Assembly (NCBI GenBank): GCA_963781885.1
Contig: CAWAHW010000001.1
Span: 288,001 to 352,000 of the forward strand
Source of the DNA: an uncultured Spirochaetota bacterium
GTDB taxonomy: Bacteria > Spirochaetota > Spirochaetia > SZUA-6 > Fen-1364
DNA: 64,000 nt
Direction: 5' to 3'
Shown here: piece by piece, positions 28,371-38,704 of the stretch
Layout of the letters: each line of letters starts with the position of its first letter
Numbering within the stretch: the first letter of the stretch is position 1
Notes under the pieces: model-generated
Seen by the model: the letters and a program-made list of their open reading frames with translations, nothing else
What the model was told of the DNA's origin: nothing
Databases searched by the model: none
Position numbers and translations under genes: made by a program

Positions 28371-29738
28371 ATGGAGTCGGGCAAGAGAAGCTACGAGAGC
28401 TTCTGGAAGCAGACATTGAAAGACATCGCAGAGGACATTTCCGACCAGGAGTTATCCACCTGGTTTCGGGGCATCGAGTATGTGAGCGGCAGCGACACTC
28501 AGATCACCCTTTCCGTTCCTTCTTCCTTCATCAAGGATCAGATATCACAGCGGTATCTCGCAAAGATGGAAGAAAAGCTGGCGGAATTGGCCGGGCACGA
28601 GCTCTCTGTCAAGTTTTCCATACAGAAGAAGTCGGGAAGCAAGGCTTCTCACGAGGAGCCTAAAGCCGGCGCAAAGGTGGAGGAGGCCTCGACGCGCAAG
28701 CGCCAGCATCCCCAGCTCAACAAGGAATACACCTTCGAGCGTTTCATCATCGGCGAGTCCAACTCTTTCGCGGCAAATGCCTCCCTGGCCATCTCGAAGA
28801 ACCCCGGCACCGGCTACAACCCCTGCCTCATCTACGGCGGGGTCGGGCTGGGAAAGACCCACCTCGTGCAGGCAATCGGCAATTCCGTCTACCGCGAGTT
28901 TCCCGACCTGAAAGTCGCCTACGTGACGGTGGAGACATTCGCCAACGAGTTCATCCTTTCGATACAGAAAAAGACGGGCCACCAGTTCAAGAACAAGTAC
29001 CGGCTCGTGGACGTGCTCCTCATCGACGACATCCAGTTCCTGGAGGGCAAGGAGGGGACGCAGGAAGAGCTCTTCCATACCTTCAACGCCCTCTACGATG
29101 CCAACAAGCAGATGGTGTTCACCTCGGACCGCCCCGTCTCGGAGATCCGCAGCCTTTCGGACAGGCTGCGCAGCAGGTTCGAGCGCGGCCTGAACGTGGA
29201 CCTGCAGCCGCCCAACTACGAAACGCGCATCGCCATCCTCAACCGCAAGGTGGAGGAGAAGAAGGCGAAGATACCCGACGAAGTGGTGGAGCTCATCTGC
29301 CGCAACATCAACACGAATGTGCGGGACCTGGAAAAGGCCCTCACGAAGCTCATTGCCTACGCGGAGCTCGTGAACAAGCACATCACGCTGGAGATCGCCC
29401 GACAGCAGCTGAAGGACTTCTTCGCCCAACCCAGCCAGAAGAACATCACCATCGAGCTGATCCAGAAGATCGTCTCGGAATACTTCGGTCTCACCTACAA
29501 GGACCTGCGGGGAAAGCGGCGCACGAAGGCCGTCGCATTCCCGCGCCAGGTTGCGATGTACCTCTCGCGCGAGCTCACCGAGTATTCCACCACGGAAGTC
29601 GGGGGCGAGTTCGGCGGCCGCGACCATACCACGGTCATGCATGCCTGCCAGAAGATCGAAGACCGCATGAAAATCGACCCCAACATCGAGCCGACCCTGC
29701 AGTCCCTTGTGAAGCGAATCAAGGAAAACAATGCGTGA
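28371..29738 (+). CDS. dnaA: Chromosomal replication initiator DnaA
   Basis: YNPCLIYGGVGLGKTHL, LIDDIQF, QEELFHTFN, GGRDHTTVMHA. Confidence 0.98.
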   Translation: MESGKRSYESFWKQTLKDIAEDISDQELSTWFRGIEYVSGSDTQITLSVPSSFIKDQISQRYLAKMEEKLAELAGHELSVKFSIQKKSGSKASHEEPKAGAKVEEASTRKRQHPQLNKEYTFERFIIGESNSFAANASLAISKNPGTGYNPCLIYGGVGLGKTHLVQAIGNSVYREFPDLKVAYVTVETFANEFILSIQKKTGHQFKNKYRLVDVLLIDDIQFLEGKEGTQEELFHTFNALYDANKQMVFTSDRPVSEIRSLSDRLRSRFERGLNVDLQPPNYETRIAILNRKVEEKKAKIPDEVVELICRNINTNVRDLEKALTKLIAYAELVNKHITLEIARQQLKDFFAQPSQKNITIELIQKIVSEYFGLTYKDLRGKRRTKAVAFPRQVAMYLSRELTEYSTTEVGGEFGGRDHTTVMHACQKIEDRMKIDPNIEPTLQSLVKRIKENNA

Positions 29739-29753
29739 GCCCTGGGGACGCGA

Positions 29754-29941
29754 TGTGGATAACCCGATGCAACCAGGCCGGCGGTCTGTGGCCTTCTCTG
29801 TTGACAGGAAGGCGCACATTGTGCGAAATCCCCCAGGGGGCATCGTCCAGGGGGCATATGTGGACAACCGGTGGAAAATGACGACCTCTTGTTCCACCTT
29901 GCATCTTCTTGCCGACAAGACACTTGGGCATGCTATCCACA
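29754..29941. other. oriC part 2: DnaA-box cluster between dnaA and dnaN
   Basis: TGTGGATAA 29754 (perfect), TGTTGACAG 29799, TGTGGACAA 29859, CTATCCACA 29933. Confidence 0.75.
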
Positions 29942-30016
29942 ATGCACCGGTGCTTACCGGTACTACGACCGGTTGTTTTTCCCTGAAAATCTAGAAAGAC
30001 AATGAAGGAGGAGACG

Positions 30017-31123
30017 ATGAAGTTCACCTGCTCACGAGACGACATACTCAAGGAGATCTCCATAGCGCAGGAGGTCATCTCTTCGAAAAACTCCCTATCC
30101 GTTCTTTCCAACGTTCTTCTCACCGCCTCCAAAGGACAGCTTTCCCTCCAGGCCACGGACTTGAAGGTCGGCTTCGAGACGAGCCTGCCCGTGGAGATCG
30201 TGCAGGAAGGGACGACCACCGCGTTCTGCGACAAGCTCCTGAACATCCTGCGCTCCCTTCCCGAAGGGGAGGTCGAGCTCGAGCAGGCCGATCCCACGAT
30301 GCTGCGCATCCGGCCGCTGTCGAAAAAAGTGGACTTCCAGCTGCGCTGCATCCCGTCGGACAAATACCCCGAGCTTGCGCGCGCGTCGGACAATATGTAT
30401 TTCGACTTTCCGCAGAAGGACTTCATCGAGATGGTCTCGCGCACTCTCTTCGCGGTGTCCGACGATGAAACGCGCTATTTCATGAATGGCATCTTCCTGG
30501 AAAAGCGCGACGACAATCTCATCATGGTGGCCACCGACGGACGCCGCCTCTCCTTCATCTCGCGCAAGATCGCCGTGCGCATGGAGAACATGAAGGGCGT
30601 GATCCTCCCGCCGAAGATCCTCACCATCGTGCGGAAGCTCTCGTCAGGTGAAGGCTCCCTGTCGCTCGCCCTCACGGACAAGAACGTGTTCATCAGGCTC
30701 GGGGCGACCCGCCTGTCTTCCAATCTCATCGACGGGCAGTTCCCCGACTATCGGCGCGTGATCCCCGACACGCAGAAACACAAGGCGCTGGTTGAAAAAA
30801 AGGCCCTCGAGGACGCCCTCCGCCGCGTGTCGCTCCTGGTCGAGCAGAAGTCGCGCAAGGTGGTCTTCTCCCTTTCCGACGGGGTGCTCACGATCATGTC
30901 CAAGGAGAGCGAGCTGGGAGTGGCAACGGAGGAGCTTCCCTGCGAGTACCAGGGGCCCGAGATGTCCTTTGCCGTGAATTGCCTCTACATGAGCGAACCC
31001 CTGCGGGAGATCGGGAGCGACAAGGTGAGCCTGGAGTTCAGCGACGTGAACAAGGCCATCACGCTGCGCCCCGTTCCCGACGAGGGCTATACGAACATCA
31101 TCATGCCCATGCAGCTGGACTGA
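30017..31123 (+). CDS. dnaN: DNA polymerase III beta clamp
   Basis: ATDLKV, VATDGRRL, LIDGQFPDY, IIMPMQ; RBS GAAGGAG. Confidence 0.97.
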   Translation: MKFTCSRDDILKEISIAQEVISSKNSLSVLSNVLLTASKGQLSLQATDLKVGFETSLPVEIVQEGTTTAFCDKLLNILRSLPEGEVELEQADPTMLRIRPLSKKVDFQLRCIPSDKYPELARASDNMYFDFPQKDFIEMVSRTLFAVSDDETRYFMNGIFLEKRDDNLIMVATDGRRLSFISRKIAVRMENMKGVILPPKILTIVRKLSSGEGSLSLALTDKNVFIRLGATRLSSNLIDGQFPDYRRVIPDTQKHKALVEKKALEDALRRVSLLVEQKSRKVVFSLSDGVLTIMSKESELGVATEELPCEYQGPEMSFAVNCLYMSEPLREIGSDKVSLEFSDVNKAITLRPVPDEGYTNIIMPMQLD

Positions 31124-31136
31124 TGCCCCCATTTGC

Positions 31137-32216
31137 ATGGGCTTCGCGCAGCTTCGGTTCTTCAATTTCCGCAACCTGAAGGACCGCGAGCTCGCCCTGG
31201 GGGCGCGCGAAGTATTCCTCGTCGGCCGCAACGGCCAGGGAAAGACGAACCTGCTGGAGGCGGTGCACCTGCTCTCGATGGGCTCGTCATTCCGCGAGAA
31301 GCGCGACGCCGCCCTTCTCCGCGACCCCATCCAGGCAATGAGCCTGGGCGGCCGCTCCATCACCGCGGCCGGTGAGACCGGCTTCAGCCTTCAGATCGCG
31401 CCCGGCGGCGGCAAAGAGCTGCGGCTCAACGACCGGCCGATCCTGCACCGGCGCGAGCTCTTCTCCGAGGTCCTCTGCATCTGTTTCGTCCAACAAGACA
31501 TGGAGTTCGTGAGCGGCACACCGGAAGACAAACGCCGCTTTTTCGACCAGACCCTCATCCTCTCCGATCTCTCGTTCCTCGATACCCTGCGCGACTACCG
31601 GTTGGTGCTGAAATCGCGCAACCTGTGCCTGAAGGAGAAGCGGGACGACCTTCTGGACGTCTACGATGCCCAGCTCGCCGTCCTGGGCCTTGCCCTGCAG
31701 GCGCGCCGCGCGGAGCTCGTGCGGGAGTTCGATGCCGTCTTCGGACCCCTTTTCCGCCAGATCACCGGAGCCGATGTCGGCATGAGCATCCGCTACCGGC
31801 CGTCCTGGGAAGGCCTTCCCACGACCGACGATGTCTGTGCCCACCTTGCGGCCCGCCGGGAGCGCGACAGGCTGCTGGGGGCGACCACGTCCGGGCCGCA
31901 CCGGGACACGTGCCTTTACCTCCAGGGCGGCAAGGACTTCTGCCACGTCGCCTCCACGGGCCAGCTCCGTCTCTGCGCCCTCGTGCTGCGCGTCGCGCAG
32001 GCCTCCTTCCTCACCGCGCGCACGAAACGCCTTCCCGTGCTCCTTCTGGACGACGTCCTGCTCGAGCTCGACCCTGACCGCAAGCGCGCGTTCCTCTCGC
32101 GCTTCCCCCCGTACGAGCAGGCCTTTTTCACGTTCCTCCCGGACGAGGCGTGGCAGGCGTACAAGACTCCTGCCACGATGGTGCTCTCCGTGGAGGGAGG
32201 GGATTTCCGGGCATGA
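31137..32216 (+). CDS. recF: DNA replication/repair protein RecF
   Basis: NFRN, GRNGQGKTNLLEA, GPHRD, STGQ, LLLDDVLLELD. Confidence 0.96.
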   Translation: MGFAQLRFFNFRNLKDRELALGAREVFLVGRNGQGKTNLLEAVHLLSMGSSFREKRDAALLRDPIQAMSLGGRSITAAGETGFSLQIAPGGGKELRLNDRPILHRRELFSEVLCICFVQQDMEFVSGTPEDKRRFFDQTLILSDLSFLDTLRDYRLVLKSRNLCLKEKRDDLLDVYDAQLAVLGLALQARRAELVREFDAVFGPLFRQITGADVGMSIRYRPSWEGLPTTDDVCAHLAARRERDRLLGATTSGPHRDTCLYLQGGKDFCHVASTGQLRLCALVLRVAQASFLTARTKRLPVLLLDDVLLELDPDRKRAFLSRFPPYEQAFFTFLPDEAWQAYKTPATMVLSVEGGDFRA

Positions 32217-32524
32217 AAAAGGTGGGAGACCTCCTGCGGGAGTATCTGCGGGAAAAGGGATGGCTTTCGGGAAGTCCCTATGACCAACTCTTCCACGACT
32301 GGGCAAAGATAGCCGGCGAGGGACTGTCGCGCCACACGCGGCTGGTGGATGTCCAGAAGGGCATCCTCCTGGTGGAGGTCGATCACCCGGGGTGGCTGCA
32401 GATGCTGCAGTTGCGGCGGGAGGGCATCCTGGCGGCCGCGCGCCGTGCCGCCCCCGATGTGGCGCTGGAGGGCATCAAGGCGCGGGTCCGCGCGGAGACC
32501 GATCCGACGAGCGGCGACCGTTGA
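32213..32524 (+). CDS. dciA: DciA/DUF721 family protein
   Basis: WAKIAG…[23 protein letters not shown]; follows recF with ATGA overlap. Confidence 0.85.
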   Translation: MKKVGDLLREYLREKGWLSGSPYDQLFHDWAKIAGEGLSRHTRLVDVQKGILLVEVDHPGWLQMLQLRREGILAAARRAAPDVALEGIKARVRAETDPTSGDR

Positions 32525-32618
32525 CACGACGCGGGGCCCCGCCCTATATTCTATCGGACCTACCCATAACATAGAAACAGACACCTGCTCGTCAGGTTTT
32601 AGCAAGGAGCACTTTCCC

Positions 32619-32774
32619 ATGAAGCGGACGTATCAGCCCAGCAAGACAAAAAGAACGAGGAAATTCGGTTTTCGCGCCCGGATGGCCACCAAGGGGGGCC
32701 GACTCGTTCTGAAACGCAGGCGCGCAAAAGGCCGGATCAAGCTCACGGCCTCCGATGAGAAGAAGCCTTACTAG
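32619..32774 (+). CDS. rpmH: 50S ribosomal protein L34
   Basis: [22 protein letters not shown]; TTGACA-18-TATATT upstream at 32521-32550. Confidence 0.97.
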   Translation: MKRTYQPSKTKRTRKFGFRARMATKGGRLVLKRRRAKGRIKLTASDEKKPY

Positions 32775-33096
32775 ACAGGAGCGACTCCGCAGAAGCACCG
32801 ACATCAGGGAGCTTTTCTCCGCGGCGCGCCGTGTCGAGTCGCGGGGGCTCCGGCTCCTGTTCCGGGATAATGGGAGCCCGACAACACGTTTTGCGGTTGT
32901 CGTGACGCGCGGCTCCGGCGGGGCTGTCAAGAGAAACCGTGAGAAAAGGATCACGAGGGAGGCATACCGCTCCCTCATGGAAACGGTACGCCCGGGCGTC
33001 AACCTGGTCTTCCTCGTCGTGCGACGCGGAAGCCCGTTCGCGGAGAGGCGGGCGGTCATGGGGCAGTTGCTCGGCCGGGCAGGTCTCCATGTCTGA
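32755..33096 (+). CDS. rnpA: Ribonuclease P protein component
   Basis: ERLRR…[18 protein letters not shown] (RNR motif). Confidence 0.93.
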   Translation: MRRSLTRQERLRRSTDIRELFSAARRVESRGLRLLFRDNGSPTTRFAVVVTRGSGGAVKRNREKRITREAYRSLMETVRPGVNLVFLVVRRGSPFAERRAVMGQLLGRAGLHV

Positions 33097-33111
33097 CGGA
33101 ATGACAAGGCC

Positions 33112-33321
33112 GTGAAGTTCATCGCGGTTTTCCTGATCACCGTCTACCAGAAGATCATCTCCCCTGCTTTTCCCCCCTCCTGCCGCTACTATCCCACCTG
33201 TTCGCAATATGCCCGGGAAGCCATCATGAAGCACGGCTTCCTCAAGGGATCGTACCTGGCCGCCCGGAGATTGCTCCGCTGTCATCCCTTCCACGCGGGG
33301 GGATACGACCCTGTACCCTGA
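33112..33321 (+). CDS. yidD: Membrane protein insertion efficiency factor YidD
   Basis: [31 protein letters not shown]; start could be slightly upstream. Confidence 0.93.
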   Translation: MKFIAVFLITVYQKIISPAFPPSCRYYPTCSQYAREAIMKHGFLKGSYLAARRLLRCHPFHAGGYDPVP

Positions 33322-33334
33322 TAGAGAAGGACGT

Positions 33335-35238
33335 ATGGATAGGAAAACGCTGTTAGCTGTCGTTCTTTCGGTCGTCATCATCGTCGCGGGGCTCATCATT
33401 CAGCCCCTGCTGTTCCCCCCCAAGCACCCGGCGGTTTCCGCAACCCCGACGACCTCGCCCCGGCACCGGCGGCGCAACCCGCCGCGGGATCCCCAGCCAC
33501 GCAGACCGCCCCCGCCCCCACCCCTGCGCCATCCAGCGCGACGGGCCTTGTGAACAGTCCCGTGGCAACCAGCGTGGCGACGGCGGTTCCGGGTGTGGTC
33601 GCGGCCCTGCCTGAGTCTGCCCCGCCTGCGTCCCAGAGCGATACCATCACCCGGGAGACGGACCTCTATACCATCACCTTCAGCACCAATGGGGGCACGC
33701 TTGCGTCCGTAAAGCTCAAGAAGTTCAAGAACCTGGACGGCTCCCCGGTGGAGATGCTGCTCCGACCGAAAGGCGACCCCGCGGGCGAGCTTCCCTTTGC
33801 CATCAGCTTCGGCGACTACAAGGCCGCGCAGGTTGACGTGCCCTTCACGCTGCACGAGACAACGGGCGACCAGTCCACCTATGATTTCTCCCGGACCTTC
33901 TCCTCCCAGACCGGCATCCCCTTTACGCTCCACAAGACCTACGTCTTCGACAAGGACGAATACCTCTTCGAGATGCGCGTGACGATTGAGAACTCGGTGA
34001 ACGACTACCCGAGCCTCAATTTCGGCGGGTACGCCTACACGCTCACCCTTGGACCCCAGATCGGACCGCACTACACGAAGCTCGACGGCAGGAACGACTA
34101 CCGCAACTACGCCTACTGGGCGGACAACAAGCGCCAGGACCCGCGCGTGGGCATGGGCGCCCTGAAGGAGCTGGACAAGCGCGTTGCCTGGACGGGCATC
34201 GTGGGCAAGTACTTCACGGCGATCGCGGTGCCGGACGCCACGCAGTACCACCTCGTCTATGACTCGCGGAAGCTCGTGGAGGGCTATGACCGGTCGAACA
34301 TCGACTTCGAGCGGCCCGTACTTTCCGCCGCCAAGAGCACCGACACCTTCCGATTCTATATGGGCCCCATGAAGAAGGAGATCCTCTCCCTCTACAACGA
34401 TTCGTCGAAGAACCAGTTCCAGATCTCGGGCCTCCACGCGGACGAGGTCGTCACCTCCTCTGCTCTCATCGGGTGGCTTGCCACCCTCATGAAGTACGTC
34501 CTGGACTTCTTCTACCTGCTCATCCCCAACTACGGCATCGCCATCATCCTCCTCACGCTTCTCACGAAGCTCGTGTTCCTGCCGCTGACGTTCCGCAGCT
34601 CGGAGTCCATGGCGAAGATGGCGGCGCTCAACCCGAAGATGACGGAGATCCGCGCGCGGCTGAAGGACAAGCCCGAGAAGATGAACCAGGAGATCGCGGA
34701 GCTGTACAAGCGGGAGAAGGTCAATCCGCTGTCGGGGTGTCTCCCGCTGCTCCTCCAGCTCCCGGTGTTCTTCGCCCTGTACAACCTGCTCAACAGCCAC
34801 TTCGAGCTGCGCGGGGCGCTTTTCATCCCGGGCTGGATTCCCGATCTCTCGGCGCCCGAATCCGTGTGGAACTTCCCCTTCACCATTCCGCTGGTCGGGT
34901 GGACGGCGCTCCGGGTCCTGCCGCTCCTGATGGTGGCAAGCCAGCTCCTTTCCAGCAAGTTCACGCAGCCGTCCAGCGCACCGCAGCAGGGTGGCGCGCA
35001 GGCGAAGCTCTTCATGTACGTGTTGCCCATCGTATTTCTTTTCATCCTCTACGATATGCCGTCGGGGCTTGTCCTCTACTGGACGGTCCAGAACGTCCTC
35101 TCCACGGCGCAGCAGGTCTACATCAACTGGCTGCGGAAAAAGAAGGAGGCAGACTCGGGCTCCGGCTCCAGTCAAACCCCCGTGCTGGTGAGGGGCGGCT
35201 CCAAGCCGGGTGGCAAGGTCATCGCAAAGGGCAAATAG
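33335..35238 (+). CDS. yidC: Membrane protein insertase YidC, with a one-base frameshift in the Pro/Ala linker at about 33458-33461 (probable sequencing error)
   Basis: N-terminal TM MDRKTLLAVVLS; C-terminal NYGIAIILLT, NPLSGCLPLLLQLP, PSGLVLYW; one extra C in the C4 run joins the frames. Confidence 0.92.
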
Positions 35239-35264
35239 GATAATCACAGTCCAAGGAGACCCAC

Positions 35265-35996
35265 ATGATCGTGAAAGAGTTCGAAGGGAAAAACGAGAAA
35301 GAGGCCATCGACCGCGCCATCGAGGAGCTCGGGCTTGACCGCAACGAGATCGATTTCGAGATCGTCGAGGCGAAGAAAGCGGGCATCCTCTTCCGCGGGG
35401 GCAAGGTGAAGATACGCGTCCACCTGATGGAAGAGCAGGAGGAGCTGGAGGAGGACGAGGAGCCCGGGCCGGGCAACCGCCGCGATCCCCACGAGCCGGC
35501 CCCCCGCAAGGCGCCGCTTGCCGCGACCGGTGAGCTGGAGCCGAAGGTGATCGAGTTCACGCGCGGCCTCCTGGACAGGATGGGCTTCCCCGCCGAGGTC
35601 TCGGTGAACTTCCGTGAAGAGGGACGCGTGGGCCTGGACATCGAAAGCGACGGCTCGGGCATCCTCATCGGCAAGCAGGGAAAGACCCTGGAGGCGCTGC
35701 AGTTCATCGTCAATCTCGCCGCGGGCCGCATGGGCGGCGACACGACGCGCATCGTTCTGGACACCCAGGATTACCGCAGCCGCCGTGAGCGCGCCCTCAT
35801 CCGCATGGGCAACCAGGTCGCGGAACAGGTCCGGCGCAGCCGCGAGTCGGAGCTCCTGGAGCCGCTGAACCCCTTCGAGCGGCGCCTGATCCACACGTCC
35901 CTTGCGCGCTACGGCGACATCGAGACGGTGAGCGAGGGCGACGGCCTGTACAAGCGCATCCGCGTGATCTGGCGCGGCGATCGCGACGGCCAGTAG
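35265..35996 (+). CDS. jag: Jag/KhpB RNA-binding protein (KH + R3H)
   Basis: Jag_N, LIGKQGKTLEALQ, PFERRLIH. Confidence 0.94.
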   Translation: MIVKEFEGKNEKEAIDRAIEELGLDRNEIDFEIVEAKKAGILFRGGKVKIRVHLMEEQEELEEDEEPGPGNRRDPHEPAPRKAPLAATGELEPKVIEFTRGLLDRMGFPAEVSVNFREEGRVGLDIESDGSGILIGKQGKTLEALQFIVNLAAGRMGGDTTRIVLDTQDYRSRRERALIRMGNQVAEQVRRSRESELLEPLNPFERRLIHTSLARYGDIETVSEGDGLYKRIRVIWRGDRDGQ

Positions 35997-36006
35997 GAGG
36001 AGCGGC

Positions 36007-36237
36007 ATGCCGATCTTCGAATACAAATGCCAGGAGTGCAAGGAGGACTTCGAGCTCCTCGTGCGCGCGGAAACGCGCATCGCCTGTCCTGCCTGCGACA
36101 GCGAAAGGGTCATGAAGAAGCTGAGCCTTTTCGCCGCGCACATGGCACGGCCTTCGCAAGAGGTGCCTGCCTGTCATACGGGCGAATGCGGCTGTGACCT
36201 TGGCAAGTGCGGGTCAGGTTACTGCGGAGTCGAGTAG
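36007..36237 (+). CDS. FmdB family zinc-ribbon protein
   Basis: MPIFEYKCQEC…CPAC…KKLS, Cys-rich tail. Confidence 0.85.
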   Translation: MPIFEYKCQECKEDFELLVRAETRIACPACDSERVMKKLSLFAAHMARPSQEVPACHTGECGCDLGKCGSGYCGVE

Positions 36238-36247
36238 AGGCTTCATC

Positions 36248-37111
36248 CTAGGGATACGTTACGCCGCCGAGCGTTTCTCCAAGTTCCCACAGTCGTCTTG
36301 CGTCATTCAGATCGTGAGACGCTTTAGAGGCCTCAAGCTCTCTGCTTTCTTTCCAGTAGCCTGACGTTTTGCCTTTAATAGAAGCGTCTACAGCAAGGAA
36401 TGCAACCGATTGTGCCGCTTCTGCCGGACTTATCCCGTTACGCGTCCGCATCTTCCAAATCAATTTCACGATGCCGCCATTGCCTTTGAGGCCGATATCG
36501 GTCTTCACGAGCCCCGGGTCCACTGCGTGGCAGGCGATCGTGGACGAGCTTCCAAGACGGCGGGCAAGCTCGTGTGTGAAAAGCACCAGGGCGAGCTTCG
36601 ACTGGTCGTATGCCTTCAGGCCGTTGTAGCCGCGTCGAAGGCCGGGGTCCTTCCAGTGCATCCTGCCCGCGTAGTGAGAGCCCGAGCTCACGGAGATCAC
36701 GCGGGCGGCCGGTGCCGCGCGCAGGAGTGGCAGCAGCAGCCCCGTGAGAAGGAACGCGCTGAGCCAGTTCACCGCGAGCTGCGTTTCAAGCCCGTCGCAG
36801 GTGAGCCGGCGCCTGAATGTGAAGGTGCCGGCATTGTTGATGAGGACGTCGACACGCGAGGCGAGTCGGGCGATGTCCGCGGCAAGCCTGCGAATCTCGG
36901 ACATGCTGGCCAGGTCGGCGGACAGGAATATCACCTGCCGATTGCCCGTGCGGGACGTTATCGCCGTGCATGCCTCCGCGCAGCGCGCCGACGATCGCCC
37001 GACCCCGATGACACGCGCCCCCTGCGCCGCGAGTCGGACCGCCACTTCACGGCCGATGCCCGAGGTGGCGCCCGTGATCACGCACGTCTTGCCTTTCATG
37101 TGGTCATCCAT
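36248..37111 (-). CDS. SDR oxidoreductase (retinol dehydrogenase-like)
   Basis: ITGATSGIG, NNAG, YDQSK. Confidence 0.9.
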   Translation of the reverse strand: MDDHMKGKTCVITGATSGIGREVAVRLAAQGARVIGVGRSSARCAEACTAITSRTGNRQVIFLSADLASMSEIRRLAADIARLASRVDVLINNAGTFTFRRRLTCDGLETQLAVNWLSAFLLTGLLLPLLRAAPAARVISVSSGSHYAGRMHWKDPGLRRGYNGLKAYDQSKLALVLFTHELARRLGSSSTIACHAVDPGLVKTDIGLKGNGGIVKLIWKMRTRNGISPAEAAQSVAFLAVDASIKGKTSGYWKESRELEASKASHDLNDARRLWELGETLGGVTYP

Positions 37112-37118
37112 GCAGAGC

Positions 37119-37964
37119 CTACGCAGGGGCGGCCGCTGTCCGCGCCACCTCTTGCCGCGCCGCCGACGGGGATTCCGCCGTGCCCCAGCGGCGGGCGATC
37201 ACCGACATGTAGAGGCGCCGGGGAACCACGCGGCTTGCCCGCACGAGGACGCGGTTGACCGCACCCGGGACGATCAGAGCTTTTCCGCGGAAGAGACCCG
37301 CGAGCGCGGCGCGCGCCACCTCGTCAGGGTACTTGCAGGTGACCCTGCCCGCCCAGCCCTGGCGCGCGATCAGCTCGCGCGTGCCGCGGTTCGTGCGGAT
37401 GCCGTTGGGGCAGAGCACGCTCACACCGATGCCGGTGGAGCGAAGCTCCGCGCGGAGGACCTGGCTGAATGTGAGCACGAAGCTCTTCGTGGACGAATAG
37501 ACGGGCATCGACGGCATGGGGAAGTAGGCGCCGAGGCTCGCCACGTTGAGGATCCACGCATGCCGCTGCTTCTGCAGCACGGGCAGGATCTGCCGCGTCA
37601 TGCGCACGAGGCCCGCCACGTTCAGCTGCATGGTTGCCTCGTTGTGCTCTTCGGCGGATTGGGAGAACCGCGCGGTGAACCCCACGCCGGCATTGTTGAT
37701 GAGCGTGTCGACGGCGTAGCCTTTTGCGCGCGTGCGCGCCTCCACGGCAGCCGGCGTCTTCGGGTCGGTAAGGTCCGCCTCTATCGGCTCGATGCGCACC
37801 GCGTAGGCGCGCGCGAGGACCCGGGCGACGTCGCAAAGACCTGTCTGGGGAAGCGCCACCAGCACGAGGTCCATGCCCCGGCCGGCACATTCCTCCGCGA
37901 GAGCCCTTCCGAGCCCCTGGCTGGCCCCCGTGATCAGCGCGCAGCGCGCCTTGTTTTCATGCAT
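37119..37964 (-). CDS. SDR oxidoreductase
   Basis: ITGASQGLG, NNAG, YSSTK. Confidence 0.9.
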   Translation of the reverse strand: MHENKARCALITGASQGLGRALAEECAGRGMDLVLVALPQTGLCDVARVLARAYAVRIEPIEADLTDPKTPAAVEARTRAKGYAVDTLINNAGVGFTARFSQSAEEHNEATMQLNVAGLVRMTRQILPVLQKQRHAWILNVASLGAYFPMPSMPVYSSTKSFVLTFSQVLRAELRSTGIGVSVLCPNGIRTNRGTRELIARQGWAGRVTCKYPDEVARAALAGLFRGKALIVPGAVNRVLVRASRVVPRRLYMSVIARRWGTAESPSAARQEVARTAAAPA

Positions 37965-38119
37965 TCCCTTTTCTCCTTTTCCCCCCATCAGACGGCCGCA
38001 GGCGCCGTCACCCTTCACCTGGCCGCAAGATATTTCCGGCCGAACGCGTGAAGTGCTTTCCCGGCGGTGCGCGTCGAATGTGTTTGACAGCGCATTCTGC
38101 GCGCGGATATGGTGAAACG

Positions 38120-38704
38120 GTGCCCCGGAGCGCGAAAACCGAGACGGTGGATGATGACGAGCTCGTCGCGCGCGTGCGCGCAGGGGAAACGCGGCTCTTT
38201 GCCCCGCTCGTCACCCGGCATGCCGATGCGGTCTACGCAATGTGCCTGCGGTTGATCGGGGACCGGGCGGAGGCGGAGGACGTGGCGCAGGAGGTTTTTC
38301 TTCGGGTCCATCGCGGCCTTGCCTCGTTTAAAGGGGATTCGGCTTTCTCGACGTGGCTGTACCGGATCACCTGGAACCTGTGCGCCGACTGGCGCCGGAG
38401 GAACCGCGCGCCCGGGCGCGTGGCAGCATCGCTGGAGACGGCCCCGGACCAGCGCGACGGAAGGGTCGACCTTGAGCGGAGTGCCATCGATGCGGAGGAG
38501 CAGGGAATCGTACGGCATGCCCTCGACGGGCTTGACGACATCTATCGCAGCGTCGTCATCCTCCATTACTATCAGAAGCTCTCCTACGAGCAGATCGCCT
38601 CGATCCTGGAGGTGCCGGTGAAGACAGTGGAGACGCGGCTCTACCGCGCGCGGCGCCAGCTCCGCGTGCGCCTGGAAAAGGCCGGGCAGGGGGCAGGCGG
38701 ATGA
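38120..38704 (+). CDS. ECF sigma factor (SigW/RpoE-like)
   Basis: AEDVAQEVF, FSTWLYRI, LSYEQIA…TVETRLYRAR; start 38120 or 38147. Confidence 0.9.
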   Translation: MPRSAKTETVDDDELVARVRAGETRLFAPLVTRHADAVYAMCLRLIGDRAEAEDVAQEVFLRVHRGLASFKGDSAFSTWLYRITWNLCADWRRRNRAPGRVAASLETAPDQRDGRVDLERSAIDAEEQGIVRHALDGLDDIYRSVVILHYYQKLSYEQIASILEVPVKTVETRLYRARRQLRVRLEKAGQGAGG

